A DNA stretch of 64,000 nt from the human T2T-CHM13v2.0 reference genome, Homo sapiens: the NCBI RefSeq assembly GCF_009914755.1, contig NC_060947.1. One strand, given 5' to 3'. The notes under the pieces were generated by a model. The model saw nothing but the letters and a program-made list of their open reading frames with translations, was not told where the DNA came from and did not search any database. Position numbers and translations under genes: made by a program. Below are positions 13,808-27,827 of the stretch, piece after piece (position 1 is the stretch's first letter; each line of letters begins with the position of its first letter).

Positions 13808-13994
13808 GTAAGTAATTGTTCTTTGATATACTAGTGGGAAAAAAAAAGAAAAATTTAACCTAAATAAAGAGTTTGGAATTCTATTTAGGAATTTCTATGT
13901 TCCTGCCACTGGTTTAACATAACTCTTCATTTTCCTTCACTTTCTTTTCTCCATGGAACACAATATCATCTGCAGTTTCTATTTCTTCTCTCAG

Positions 13995-14878
13995 GTTTTG
14001 AGATCGGGATAGAAAATGAAGAAGATACTTCAAAACAGAAAAAAATGGAGACTATGTATCCATTTATTGTAACTTTAGAGGGGAATGCTCTCCAGGGTCC
14101 CATTTTGCAAAAAGACTATGTACAGTTAGAAAATCAATGGGAAACCCCCCCAGAGGATTTACAGACAGATTTAGCAAAACTGGTAGATCAGCAGAACCCC
14201 ACTCTGGGAGAGACACCTGAGAACTCCAACTTGGAAGAACCTCTCAACCCTAAACCCCACAAGAAAAAGAGTCCAGGAGAGAAACCTCACCGATGTCCTC
14301 AGTGTGGAAAATGTTTTGCTCGGAAGTCACAACTTACTGGGCATCAGAGAATTCATTCAGGAGAAGAACCTCACAAATGCCCTGAATGCGGGAAAAGATT
14401 CCTTCGTAGTTCAGACCTTTATAGACACCAACGACTTCATACAGGGGAGAGACCCTATGAATGCACTGTATGTAAAAAGCGATTCACTCGGCGGTCACAT
14501 CTTATAGGGCACCAGAGAACCCATTCTGAAGAAGAAACATATAAATGTCTTGAGTGTGGGAAAAGTTTTTGTCATGGATCAAGTCTTAAAAGACATCTGA
14601 AAACTCATACAGGTGAAAAACCTCATAGATGTCATAATTGTGGGAAAAGTTTTAGTCGACTGACAGCTCTTACTTTGCACCAGAGAACGCATACTGAAGA
14701 GAGACCTTTTAAATGTAATTATTGTGGGAAAAGTTTTAGACAGAGACCAAGCCTCGTTATTCATTTAAGAATCCACACAGGGGAGAAGCCATACAAGTGT
14801 ACTCATTGTTCTAAAAGCTTCAGACAGAGAGCCGGCCTTATTATGCACCAGGTCACTCACTTTAGAGGACTTATTTAA
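13995..14878 (+). CDS. ZNF449: ZNF449 last coding exon, 7 C2H2 zinc fingers
   Basis: Acceptor ttctctcag|GT; seven CxxC-x12-HxxxH fingers with TGEKP-type linkers; ends HFRGLI-TAA. The four exons total 1557 nt = 518 aa + stop. Confidence 0.95.
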
Positions 14879-17512
14879 GAATTGCTAAGGGAAACAGGTC
14901 TTACACAAATTGACACTAACTCAAAAAAAATCTTAACCTGCAGCAGGCTGTTTGTCTTGGAAGCTTTTGTTTGAGCTTATAAGAACATAGACAGCTTTTT
15001 TTTTTACTAGTTTTAAAACCCATCTTCCAAGGTATATGAATTCTAGAGTATTTATCTACTCCTGTGATTTTCTTAGATTTGATTTCTTCTGTCTGCACAA
15101 CTCTTCTTTTTTTAATTACAATGAAAAATTTTGTGTTCCAAGGCAACTGTATCATAGGTGTAAACATAAAGCATATAAATTATGACAATCCTTTTAGAGG
15201 TAGGGTCAATATAGTGGATAAACCTGTCTATCAGACGTATTGATTATAGCAGTACTATAGTTATTCTGCTGTCATTATTAAAGATGATTATATTCATTCA
15301 AAGCTTTAGATGTGTCCCATGTGGCAAGAAAGGAGACAGTGAATTTTGTCAAACAATAAAAATGTGTCAGGAACACAAGGATGAAGGGGATGTCATTTGC
15401 CTGGTAAGAACTGGGTTATTTCCACTGAAATTTGTTATGTTTAAGGAAATTAAGATTTTAAGCTTGAAATTATACAAGCAGAATCTAATTTAATTTTGAT
15501 TGACTGAAGAACCAGGGTCTTTTGCTCTCCTTTGGTATTTCACTCTCCTTTGGTATTCAATCATGTGTCTTTTAGTGCTTTTTAAAATTTTACCCATTCT
15601 TTAATTCAGCATCTCCCTATGTATGTGTCATAGAATACTTAGTTCTGCTAGATATTCTGCAAATATATTTGGGAATTACTTCCTGCTGTTTCGCCTTCTT
15701 AGGTTCATAGTACACATCAGCATATGAGAATCTCTGAGAGGTCCTCTAGAAAGGAGAGAAAAAGCACCTCTTTTGGCTCAATGTTTTCCAAACTTATTTG
15801 ACCCCAAAACCTTTTTCATATACCCAATAATAAGCTACAGAACTAATATTCTGCAAATGTCTCTTGGAACACACTGCCTTAAACAGATATTTCTATAGCT
15901 GTCAGTATAGTTATGTTGCTCCCAAGCCTAGTTATCTCCAGTTGTTTTAAGGGTGTTATGAAAAATTCTTAAAATATATATGAATTTGTGTAACACACAC
16001 AGAGACACACACACATACTACTTTAAGGGGGTGAGGATCATTAATTCAGATAATTTTTAAGTTTCCTAGTGATTCTCAATCTCTTTGAATTTTACTTACA
16101 TTTACACACACACGCACACACATATGTATATACACATATCATTTTAAGAAGCTGAGGATCACTAATTCAGATAATGTATAAGTTTCCCAGTGATTCTCAA
16201 CCTCTTTGAATTTTACTTATAATTACATACACACACACACTGCTACTTATATAAATGTTCTCATGTAATCATGGTAACAGCTCAAATTCCCAAAGCAAGG
16301 GAAGACTTCTCATTGTCAGTTAAACCTGTTAAAACATGAAAATATTCATTGAGCCTAGTTCCTTGTTATAAAATACAAGAAATAAGACATTCAGGCATTT
16401 TCCCTTTATGAAGATGTTCAGTCATCCTTTCCTTGAACTACAATTAGGAAAAGTATATGTCTTTATTCCATTGAAGTTCTCGAGAGTGATATAAATACTT
16501 TGGGGGGTATCTACTATGTGCCTAACTAGTCCTGTTCTAGGCTTAGTGGAAGCTAGTAAAGAAATATAATTCATGGATCAGGCTCATAAAGATTTTATAA
16601 TATTTTTAGTTAAACAAGAGTTGGGAAACAGGTGGAGAATAATGCAAGAGAGTTTGTAATTAAGTGCCAATTATACCAATTGCTAGACCCAGGATGTATC
16701 TTTAATTCTTGTCATCCAGGTCAACATATGATGCTGCTATAAGTCTGGGGCTCAAATTGATATCCCAGTAGCAATAAACATATAATATAGGAGGAGTCTG
16801 AATGTAGAGATGAAAAATACAGAATGTAATGGCTTCTCTTTTCTCTCTTGTGGAATTGCATTCAAACCAGAACAGTGCCTTAGAATGGATGTGCCCAACT
16901 GCTCTGTATTTATGCAATATTTGAATAAAGCGGAAATGTATGTGCTCTTCCTGCTTCACTTGCACTAATTAATTATTTGAACAACTTAGAGCTTCTTCCC
17001 TGAACAGTGGCAACAAGCATGGCAATTGACTCTGTCCTCATCCCAAGTTGGAATCGCTTTTCTCTCTGCAACCATGGCACTGTGATTATGCATCATTTTT
17101 AGCATTTAATACAGTCCATTTTTGGCTAGTAGGGTTAGTTGCAATCATAATATGAGTTGCATCCTCCCTCTCATTTATATCAAATATACTTGACTAGATT
17201 TTTACAAGTTAGAGAATGTCTAATATTCTTTGTTACAGTGCCCTATATATAAGAATAAATATTTCTGGTATTGAATCAAGAAACACATGAAATAGTTCTT
17301 GGAAACAGATAACATATTTAGAACATTGCATGGATAATTATACTTCTATGTCTAATTGTACTTCTGAGCATTTCAAAAAGATAAGGGCAAAATACAGTAC
17401 CTACCTCCTAGCTATTATAAAGGGGAAATTACAGTACCTACCTCAAAAGTACTATGAAGATTAAATGAAATATATTTTGCTCTGGCCCTACACACTGTAA
17501 GCTTTCAATAAA
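14879..17512 (+). other. ZNF449: ZNF449 3' UTR region with candidate poly(A) signals
   Basis: AT-rich, no long ORF; AATAAA at 15355, 16924, 17254 and 17507. Which one is used cannot be told from sequence alone. Confidence 0.55.
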
Positions 17513-19266
17513 TATCCCCGTATTATATTCTCATTTTTGTAGTTTAATGATAAAAGCATTTAAAGCTATAGATTTCTTCTCTTTATGGCTTTGGACATAC
17601 TTCATAGCTTTTATATGTAATGTTCTTATTGATGATTTCAAAATGGTTGTTGTTTTCATTATAATTCCTCTTTGACTTAAGAGATATACAATGTTGCCAT
17701 TTTCCTCTTAATTTTTGGTTTTGCTACATTGTGATTAGAGAACAAGTTTCATTCTATTTCTGCTTTGAAAGCTCATTTAGGCTTTTTTAAAGACCTACAT
17801 TTTATAAAATTTGTTAAGTATCCTAAAACCTTAGAAAATAAGGGCTCTATAGGGTGCAAATTTAGAATAGAGCCTTGGACCGCTCAATTACTTTAATGTC
17901 TTTAGGCGTATTCTTGGTGTTTGTGAAGGGTTGGTGACATCAAGATCGAATTGCTCCCCATTCTGCCTCCCTGAACCTTTGTACTCCCCCTTCCCTTGGT
18001 AAGTTTTTTCCACCACCTTTGGTCTGTTCTGTGGATGTTATACAGCAATTGTTAGTAGCTGCCTGGGCATTGAGGCAGGCAGTTAAAACAGGAAGCTAAA
18101 GGACCTAGGGGAGACCGGGACTCTTCAAACCAGGCTGAGAACGCTCTCCTTCAGGATCCCATAGTTATTTGTCTTTCTGAAAGCAGAGAGAACCTGCACA
18201 GGGCACTTTGAGGTTTTTGCGACTGTGGCCCTCCTGAATTCTCAGGGATTGTTTCATAGTGTACTGAGGATGTTGTGTAGGCTAAAATCCAGAGAAATAG
18301 GGAATAAACAGGGGAACCAGCCCCCAAGCCTCCCCATGAGGTGGGGGAAGAGAGTCATTACACTTTGTCCTCTTGCACCTGCACTCACCATAGAATCCCC
18401 AAGAGAAACAGTCTTGAGCACCTCCAGAAAACTGAGTCATCTTTATTCCTATAACCCTCTCTCATTTTTAGCCTACTGATATGGGCTGAATATTCTCGTA
18501 AATAACTGAAGCTTACCCTTAAATCTGGGCCCAGCCCCCTGCTTCTTTTATAGTCCTCTGTAACAGATGTGAAATGGGTTGGTAAGAGAGCTCATCTCTT
18601 AGCCTCTCCTTAGCATTGATAATCAGTTTACTCAGTTCCCAATCCCTGAGACTTTAACCACTGGGATTGGAAGTGGTGGTAAATCTTTTTCTCCCGGAGT
18701 GATACATAGGTTAGCCTCTATCCAGCTTTTTGTGCATTGTCAGAAAGGACTTCTCAGAGTTCTAGCAAGACCTAAGTTTACATTTCCTAAGGATTCTAAG
18801 ATAGTAAAAATTACTAAAATATTGGTATATTTTAAATATTTACATTTAATGAACATCTTTATCACCTAGTACAAGAATATAAATGTATTAATTACTGAAG
18901 ATAACTTCAGAACTCTAAAACTTGAGGCCTTTCCTGAAAATCATACCTTACCTGTTGGCCCTAGAAGAGATCTGTTTACCTCTACTTTGAAGTGTATTCT
19001 ACAGTAATTCTTCAGCCACCTCTTCTCAACTAGGTTCCTTTCCTATGAATGCGGGAAAGTAGAGGGTGAGCAGTGAAGAACTAGAGGCCCTTCATTTTAG
19101 CCTGGAGTGGAAGGAAACACTTGTACTGCCTTATCTCCCAAGAAGTACAGTTCATCTTGGGAAGACTAGAGTCCCTTTCCCTAAGATGTTACTTACATGC
19201 TGCTGTAACACATACACACCCCACACACACATACCAAGGGAACAGGGAAGAGAAAAAGAAGTATAC

Positions 19267-19563
19267 TTTTTTTTTTTTTTTGAGACGAAGTTTTGCTCTG
19301 TCGCCCAGGCTAGAGTGCAGTGGCACGATCTTGGCTCACTGCAATCTCCACCTCCCGGGATCAAGCAATTCTCCCTCCCTCAGCCTCCCAAGTAACTGGG
19401 ATTACAGGTGCCCACCAACATGGCTGACTAATTTTTGTATTTTTAGTAGGATGGGATTTCGCCATGTTGGACAGGCTAGTCTCTAACTCCTGGGCTCAAG
19501 TGATCTGCCTGCCTCGGCCTCCCAAAGTGCTGGGATTACAGGCATGAGCCACCGTGCCTGGCC
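19267..19563 (-). mobile_element. AluS
   Basis: Full antisense Alu; TSD agaagt(a/g)tac. Confidence 0.93.
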
Positions 19564-19729
19564 AGAAGTGTACAATTCTTAACCCCAATCCCTCCATTTA
19601 CAAGCAGAGAGATTGTATAATTAACACCGAGAAGTTCTTTGTTTACCAAGCAAATGACCTTGACAAAGTCTCCAAGTCTTGATTTCTTTACCTGTTGGGA
19701 GTTTTAAAGCATACCCTCAAATTATTTTC

Positions 19730-20198
19730 CCATCAAAAATGGAGTCTCTTGTCCCCTGCCCTTGAATCTGGGCAGGCTTGAGACTGCTACTAAAGGAATA
19801 TGGCAGAAATGATACTCTGTTACTTCTGAGGTGGGGTCATAAAAGACTTTGTAGCTTCCATCTTGTTCAGTAGAAGCACTTGCTCTTGGATCCCATGTAG
19901 GAAGTCTGATCAATATGGAGAGGCACCTGTAGGCTGTCTGGTGGTTATTCTGAACTGAGCTTGTTCTTCAGCCACCTCAGCCATCTCATTTTGTCTTAGA
20001 AGTGGATCCTTCAGCTCCAGCAGTTGCAACCCCGAAACATTTGAGTCATCCTAGCTGAGGCCCTACATATCTTGAATAGAGAAGAGCCATCCCTCTGTGC
20101 CCTGTCCACATTCCTAACTCACATAATTTGAAAGCATAATAACATGGCTATTGTTTTACACTGTTGAACTTTGGAGTGGTTCGTTACACAGCAGTAGA
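19730..20198 (+). mobile_element. MLT1-family LTR
   Basis: cccttgaatctgggcaggcttgagactgc... and 3' end ggagtggttcgttacacagcagtaga. Confidence 0.65.
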
Positions 20199-20287
20199 GA
20201 GTGGTAATATCTTTAAAGCAGATATAACATCTGGTAGGATGAACAACTGGGAAACAGACACTAAAGCATTTAGAAAACAGACCTATA

Positions 20288-20591
20288 GGCCGGGCGCGGT
20301 GGCTCACGCCTGTAATCCCAGCACTTTGGGAGGCTGAGGTGGGCGGATCACAAGGTCGGGAGATTGAGACCATCCTGGCTAACACAGTGAAACCCCGTCT
20401 CTACTAAAAATACAAAAATTAGCCGGGTGTGGTGGCGGGCGCCTGTAGTCCCAGCTACTCGGGAGGCTGAGGCAGGAGAATGGCATGAACCCGGGAGGCG
20501 GAGTACAGTGAGCTGAGACTGTGCCACTACGCTCCAGCCTGGGCGACAGAGTGAGACTCAGTCTCAAAAAAAAGAAAGAAAAAAAGAAAAA
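20288..20591 (+). mobile_element. AluY-like
   Basis: Diagnostic catcctggctaacac and ggcatgaacc; perfect 16-bp TSD agaaaacagacctata at 20272-20287 and 20592-20607. Confidence 0.93.
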
Positions 20592-21019
20592 AGAAAACAG
20601 ACCTATAAATAGCTAACGGGTATATGCTCAACATCACTAATCAGGAAAATGCAAACTAAAACGACAATGAGATATCATGTCACACCTGTTAGAATGGCTG
20701 TTATCAAACAAACAACAACAACAAAACAAGGTAAGTGTTGGTGAAGATGTGGAGAAAAAAGAACCCTTGTATACTCTAGGTGGGAATGTGAATTGGTACA
20801 GCCATTATAGAAAACAATATTGAGATTTCTCAAAAAATTAAAAATAGAACTACCATCTGATCCATCAATACCACTTCTACATATATATTTAATTAAAATC
20901 AATATCCCAAAGAGATATTTACACTACCATGTTCATTGCAGCACTTTTCACAATAGCTAAGATATGAAATCAATCTTAGTATACATAGACTGATAAATGG
21001 ATGAAGGAAATGTGAGATA

Positions 21020-24000
21020 CGCATACAGGGATTTTGTTGTATTGTGCTTCACTTTATTGTGTTTTACAGATACTGCGTTTTTGACAAATTGCAGATTTGT
21101 GGCAACCCAGATTTGTGGCTAAAGCATGTGCTCACTTTGTGTCTCTTTGTCACATTTTGGTAATTCTCACAATATTTCAAATTGTTTCATTATTACTATA
21201 TCTGTTATGGTGATCTGTGATCAATAATCTTTAATGTTAGTACTCTAATTGTTTGGGGGTGTGTATTAGTCTGTTCTCACTGTGCTATAAAGATACTACC
21301 TGAGACTGGGTAATTTATAAACAAAAGAGGTTTAATTGACTCACAGTTCTACATGGCTGGGGAGGCCTCAGGAAACTTACAATCATGATGGAAGAGGTAG
21401 GAGAAGCAAGTACCTTCTTCAGAAGGCAGCAGGAGAGAGAGTGCAGAAGGCAAATGCTAGACACTTATCAAACAACCAGATCTCCTGAGAACACCCTCAT
21501 TATCACAAGAACAGCATGGGGGAAACTACCCCCGTGATCCAATCATTTCCCATGAGGTCCCTCCCTCAACACATGGGGATTACAATTCGATATGAGGTTT
21601 GGGTGGGGACACAGAGCCAAACCATATTATTTCACCCCGGCCCATCCCAAATCTCATGTCTTTTTCATATTTCAAAACAAATCATGCCTTCCCAACAGTC
21701 TCCCAAGGTTTTAACTCATTCCAGCATTAACTCAAGAGTTCAAGTCCAAAGTCTCATCTGAGACAAGGCAAGACCCTTCTTATGCTTATGAGCCTGTAAA
21801 ATCAAAAGCAAGTTACTTACTTCCAAAATAAAATGGGGGTATCTTGGGTATTACAGTTGGGTAAATGTTCCCATTTCAAATAGAAATTGGCCAAAGGGGT
21901 CCAGGCCCCATGCAAGTCTGAAACCCAGCAGGTCAGTCATTAAATGTTAAAGCTCTGAAATGATCTCCTTTGACTCCATGTCTCATATCAAAAGCATGCT
22001 GATGCAAGGGGTGGGCTTCCACAGCCTTGGGCAGCTCTGCTCCTGTGACTCTAGAGAGTACAGCTTCTGCGGCTGCTTTCATGAGTTGGTATTGAATGCC
22101 TGAGGCTTTTCCAGGTGCATGGTGCAAGCTATCAGTGAATCTACCTTTCTGAGGTCTGGAAGATAGTGGGCCTCTTCTCACAGCCTCACTAGGCAGTGCC
22201 CCAGTGGGGCCTCTGTGTGGGGGTTCCAATCCCATATTTCCATTCCACACTGCCCTAGCAGAGGTTCTCTATGAGGGCTCTGCCCCTGCAGCACACTTCT
22301 GCCTGGACATCCAGGCATTTCCATACATCTTCTTAAATCTAGGCAGAGGTTCCCGAAGCTCAACTATTGTCTTCTGTGCACCTGAAGGCCCAACACCAAG
22401 TGGAAGCCACCAAGGCTTTGGGCTTGCACCTTCTGAAGCAATGGCCCTAGCTGTACCTTGGCCCCCTTTAGCCACAGCTGGAGCTGGAGTGACTGGGACA
22501 CAGGGCACCAAGTCCTGAAGCTGCACAGAGCAACGGGGCCCTTGGCCTAGCCCATGAAGCCATGTTTTCCTCCTAGGCCTCTGGGCCTGTGATGGGAGGG
22601 ACAGCCTTCAAGATCTCTGATATGCCCTGGAGACATTTTCTTCACTGTCTTGGCTATTAACATTCGGCTCCTTGTTACTTATGCAAATTTCTGTAGCCAG
22701 CTTGAATTCCTCCCCCAAAAATGGGTTTTTCTTTTCTACCAAATGGTCAGGCTGCAAATTTTCTAAACATTTATGCTTTGCTTCCCTTTTAAATGTAAGT
22801 TCCTATTTTAAATCATCTCTGTGAATGCATATAACTGTATGGTTTCAGGAAAAGCCAGGTCACATCTTGAATACTTTGCTGCTTAGAAATTTCTTCTGCC
22901 AGATACCCTGTGTCATCTCTTTCAAGTTCAAAGCTCCACAGATGTCTAGGGCAGGGACAAAATGCCACCAGTCTCTTTGCTAAAGCATAGCAAGAGTGAA
23001 CTTTGCTCCAGTCCCCAATAAGTTCCTCATCTCCATCCACGACCACCTCAGCCTGGACTTCATTGTCCATATCACTATCAGCATTTTGATCACAACCATT
23101 TAACAACCTCTAGGAAGTTCCAAACTTTCCCTCATCTCCCTGTCTTCTGAGCCCTCCAAACTGTTTAAACCTCAGCCTGCTACCCAGTTCCAAAGTCACT
23201 TCCACATTTTCAAGTATCTTAATAGCAGTAAGCTCCCCACTATCCTGGTACCAATTATCTGTATTAGTCCATTCTCACACTGCTATAAGGATACTACCTG
23301 AGACAGGGCAATTTATAAACAAAAGAGGTTTAATTGACACAGTTCCACATGTCTGGGGAGGTCACAGGAAACTAACAATCATGGCAGAAGATGAAGGAGA
23401 AGCAAGCACAAGGCAACGGGTGGATGGGAAGCCCCACAAACATAAACCATCAGATCTCATGAGAACTCCCTCACTATCATGAGAACAGCATGGGGGAAAC
23501 TACCCCCATGATCCAATCACCTCCCACCAGGTCCCTCCCTCAACACATGGGGATTACAATTCAAGATGAGGTTTGAGTGGGGACACAGAGCCTAACCATA
23601 TCAGGCTGCCACAAATTGCACCCACATAAGATGGTGAACTTAATTGATAAACAGTTGTGTGTGCTCTAACTGCTCCATCAATCATCACTCATTCTGACAT
23701 CTCTCTCCCTCATCTTAGGCCACCCTATTCCATGAGACACAGCCATGTTGAAATTAGGCCTATTAATGACCCTACAGTGACTTCTAAGTGTTTAAGTGAA
23801 AGGAAGAGTCACACCTCTATCACTTTAAAACAAAAGCTAGAAATGATTAAGCTTACTGAGGAAGCCATGTCAAAAGCCAAGATAGGCCAAAAGCTAGGTC
23901 TCTTGTACCAAATTGCCAAGTTTTGAATATAAGGGCAAGGTTCTTAAAGAAAATTAAAAGTGCTACTCCAGTGAACACACAGATAAGAAAGCAAAACAGC

Positions 24001-25803
24001 CTTGTTGCTGCTATGGAGAAAGTTTGAGTGATCTAGATAGAAGATGAAACCAGCTACAACATTTCCTCAAGCCAAAGCCTAATCCAGAGCAAGGCCCTAA
24101 CTCTCTTCAATTCTATGAAGGCTAAGAGAAGTGAGGAAGCCACAGAAGGAAGGTTTAAAATTAGCAGAGATTGGTTCATGAGGTTTAAGGAAAAAGGCAT
24201 CTCCATAGCATAAAGGTGCCAGCTGAAGCAGCAAGTGCTGATGTAGAAGCTGCAGCAAGTTATCCAGATCTAGCTAAGATAATTCATAAAGGTGACTATA
24301 CTAAACAATAGATTTTCGATGTATACAAAACAGCCTTCAGTTGGAAGAAGAAGCCATCTAGGACTTTCATAGCTAAAGAGGAAAATTCAATGCCTGTCTT
24401 CAAAGTTTCAAAGGACAGACTGCCTCTCTTGTTAGATGCTAAAGCCGTTGGTGATTTTAAGTTGAAGTCAATGCTCACTTACCGTTTTGAAAACTTTAGG
24501 GCTCTTAAGAATTATGCTAAATCAACTCTGCCTCTGCTCTATAAATGGAATAACAATGCCTGAATGACAGCACATCTGTTTACACCATGCTTTACTGACT
24601 ATTTTAAGCCCACTATTGAGATCTACTGTTCAGAAAAAAAAAGATCTATTTCAAAATATTACTGCTCATTGACAATGTAATGGTCACCCAAGAGCTCTGG
24701 TGGAGATCTACAAGGAGATAAATGTTGTTTTCATGCTTACTAACAACATCCATTCCAACTCTAACAACATCCATTCTACAGCCCATGAATCAAGAAGTAA
24801 TTTTGACTTTCAAGTCATTATTTAAGATATACATTTTATAAGGCTATGGTTACCATAGTGGGTAGGAGAATCATTCTCTACCATTATTGATAGAGAGTGA
24901 TTCTTCTAATCAATCTGGGCAAAGTAAATTGAAAACCTTCTGGAAGATTCACCATTCTAAATGTCATTAAGAACATTAATAATTTATGGGAAGAGACAAA
25001 AATACCAACATTAACAGGAGATTAAAAGTAGTTGTTTCCAACCCTGTAGATGACTTTGAGGAGTTCAAGACTTCAGTAGAGGAAGTAACTACAGATGTGG
25101 TGGAAATAGCTAGAGATCTACAATTAGAAATGAAGCCTGGAGATGTGACCAAATTGCTGCAATCTCATGATAAAACTTTACAGGGTGAACAGTTCCTTCT
25201 TTTGGATGAGCAAAGCAAGTGGTTTCTTGAGATGGAATCTACTTGTAGTGAAAATGCTATAAACATTATTGAAATAACAACAAAGGATTTAGAATATTAC
25301 ATAAAATTAGTTGATAGAGCAGTGGCAAGGTTTAAAAGGATGGACTCCAATTGTGAAAGAAGGTCTACTGTGGGTAAAATGATATCAAACAGTATTGTAT
25401 GCTCCAGAGAAATTTTTCTTGAAAGGAAAATTCCATTGGTGCAGTAAACATCATTGTCTTATTTGAAGAAACTGCCATAGCCACCTCAGCCTTCAGTCGC
25501 CACCACCCTGATCAGTCATCAGTCATCAATATTGTGACAAGATCCTCTACGAGCAAAAAGACAACTTGTTGAAGCCTCAGATGATCATTAGAATTTTTCT
25601 AGTAATAATGTATTTTAAATTAAGGTATGTACATTGTTTTCATAGACATAATGTTATTGCACACTTAATAGATGACAGTATAGCATAACCATAACTTTCG
25701 TATGCGCTAGGAAACCAAAAATTTGTGTCACTCGCTGTATTGCAATATTTGCTTTATTGCAGTGGTCTGAAGCCTAACCTTCAATATCTCTGAGGCATGC
25801 CTG
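21020..25803 (+). mobile_element. Near full-length Tigger1 with degenerate transposase
   Basis: 3' TIR ...aatatctctgaggcatgcctg followed by TA. Transposase remnants SKCLSERKSHTSITLKQKLEMIKL (ORF 23657-23926) and DDFEEFKTSVEEVTTDVVEIARDLQLE (ORF 24986-25447), with stops and frameshifts. Confidence 0.9.
21262..23603 (-). mobile_element. Complete MST (MaLR) element, LTR-internal-LTR, inside Tigger1
   Basis: Two similar LTRs (21262-21629 and 23260-23603; tgtattagt...ccatat(c/t)a) flank an MST-internal-like region; 5-bp TSD gggtg/ggctg. Confidence 0.88.
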
Positions 25804-26551
25804 TATATACGTAAAATAGAATTGTATTCAAATGTTAAAAATAAGGAAATCCTTTTATTTGTGACAACATAGATTAATCTGAAGGACATTATGCTAAGAG
25901 AAGTATGCCAGGCACAGAAAGACAAATTTTGCATAATCTCACTTATATGTGGAATCTAAAAATGTTGAACTCATGCAAGCAGAGAGTAGAATGGTGGTTG
26001 CTAGGAGATGGAGGTGTGGGAGAAATTGGGAGATGTTGCTTAAAGGTTAAAGTTTCAGTTATGCAGGATGAATCAGTTCTGGAAGTCTAATGTACAGCAT
26101 GATGAGTATAATTATACTGATTGTATACTTGAAATTTGCTAAGAGAGTAGATTTTAAATGTTCTCATCATACAAAAAAATGGTAACTGTGAGGTTATGGA
26201 TGTGTCGATTAGCTTAATCATAGTAATAATTTCACAATGTGTATTAATCACATTGTGGACATTAAACAGATATAATATTTATTTGTCAATAAAGTTGGGT
26301 GGAAAAAGATTGAGATTGAGAACACAAACAGAAAGATACCCACTTGTGTAAGTATAGGGTTGAATGTCAGTCAAAAGCAAGAAATTTTCACTGGGAAAGG
26401 TTATGGTTCAGTGTGAAATACCAAGCATAATAACTATAGTAAAAAGATGAAGGTTCAGTGTGAGACATTAGCATGAAGATGGCCCCTGGAATAAGGTGCT
26501 CTCAATATGAGAAACAATTCCGAAGATGACTGCTGAAATAAGGTTAGGTTC

Positions 26552-27092
26552 TGTTTAAAAGAAAGACTAGCTGGGCACAGTGGTGTACGTCATAATCCCA
26601 GCTACTCAGAATGTTGAGGAGGGAGGATAGCTTTAGCCCAGGAATTCAAGACTAGCTTGGCCTAAGTAACATAGAGAGACCCTGTCTCAAAAAACAAACA
26701 AAAAAAAAAACCACACAAATTAAACAGAGTTTAATTGAGCAAAGACTGATTTACAAATTGGGCAGCCCTCAGAACCTGAAGACATTCAGAGAGCTCTGCT
26801 TTGCAAAGTGGACAGGCAGTATTTATGGACAGAAAATGGAAGTGAGAAAAAAAAAGAAGAAAAGAACATGGAAATGAGGGACAGAAATAGCTTGATTGGT
26901 TACAGCTTGGCATTTGCCTCATTTGGGCATGATCAATTGGCAGCCTGTGACTGGCTGAAGCTTGACTGTTGCAATTTTCTGAGACTCAGCTAGATGTTAC
27001 CAAAAAATATATACTCCTAAATAAGGCTTTCAGTTTCTTTACAGACTTAAGGTAGGGAGACATCCTCAGGCCAAACTTAATTTAAATTAACA
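26552..27092 (-). mobile_element. ERV1 LTR (MER51/MER93-like) carrying an Alu monomer (FLAM) at ~26569-26710
   Basis: aaattaaacagagtttaattgagcaaag...gattggttacagcttggcatttgcc...ggccaaacttaatttaaattaaca; subfamily uncertain. Confidence 0.6.
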
Positions 27093-27488
27093 GTTTGGTT
27101 AAATTAAACTAAGTTTAACAACAAAAAATGAACTTTTTTGTTGTTAATTAACAACAAAAAAGATCACTAGATTAATAAATTTTAAGTTCAGTATGACACA
27201 GCCACCATGAACATGACTGCTAGAATAAGATAAAGGTTTAGAGTGTGACAACAAACTAGAAGTTAACTGCAGGAATGGGAGAAAGTTCAGTGTGACATAA
27301 CAACAAAGAAAATAACTGATGCGTTATGAGTAAGGGTTAGAATGAGACAGTAAGCATGAAGATGACTGCTAGAATGAGGTTAATATTCAGCATGAGATAG
27401 CAATCATAACGACTAGATTAAAGCTATTCTTTAGTGTGTGATAAGATCTGGAAGATGAGTGCTGCAATAAAATTGTATTCAGTGTGAA

Positions 27489-27827
<339 letters not shown>

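Larger units (their letters stand above)
20600..26295 (+). mobile_element. L1M 3' end, split by Tigger1
   Basis: L1 ORF2-end and 3'UTR sequence at 20600-21019 resumes at 25806 and ends at an aataaa near 26288. Confidence 0.75.

Noticed and set aside
23657-25447. Possible domesticated TIGD1-like transposase
   Set aside because: Multiple stops and frameshifts; an ordinary decayed Tigger1.
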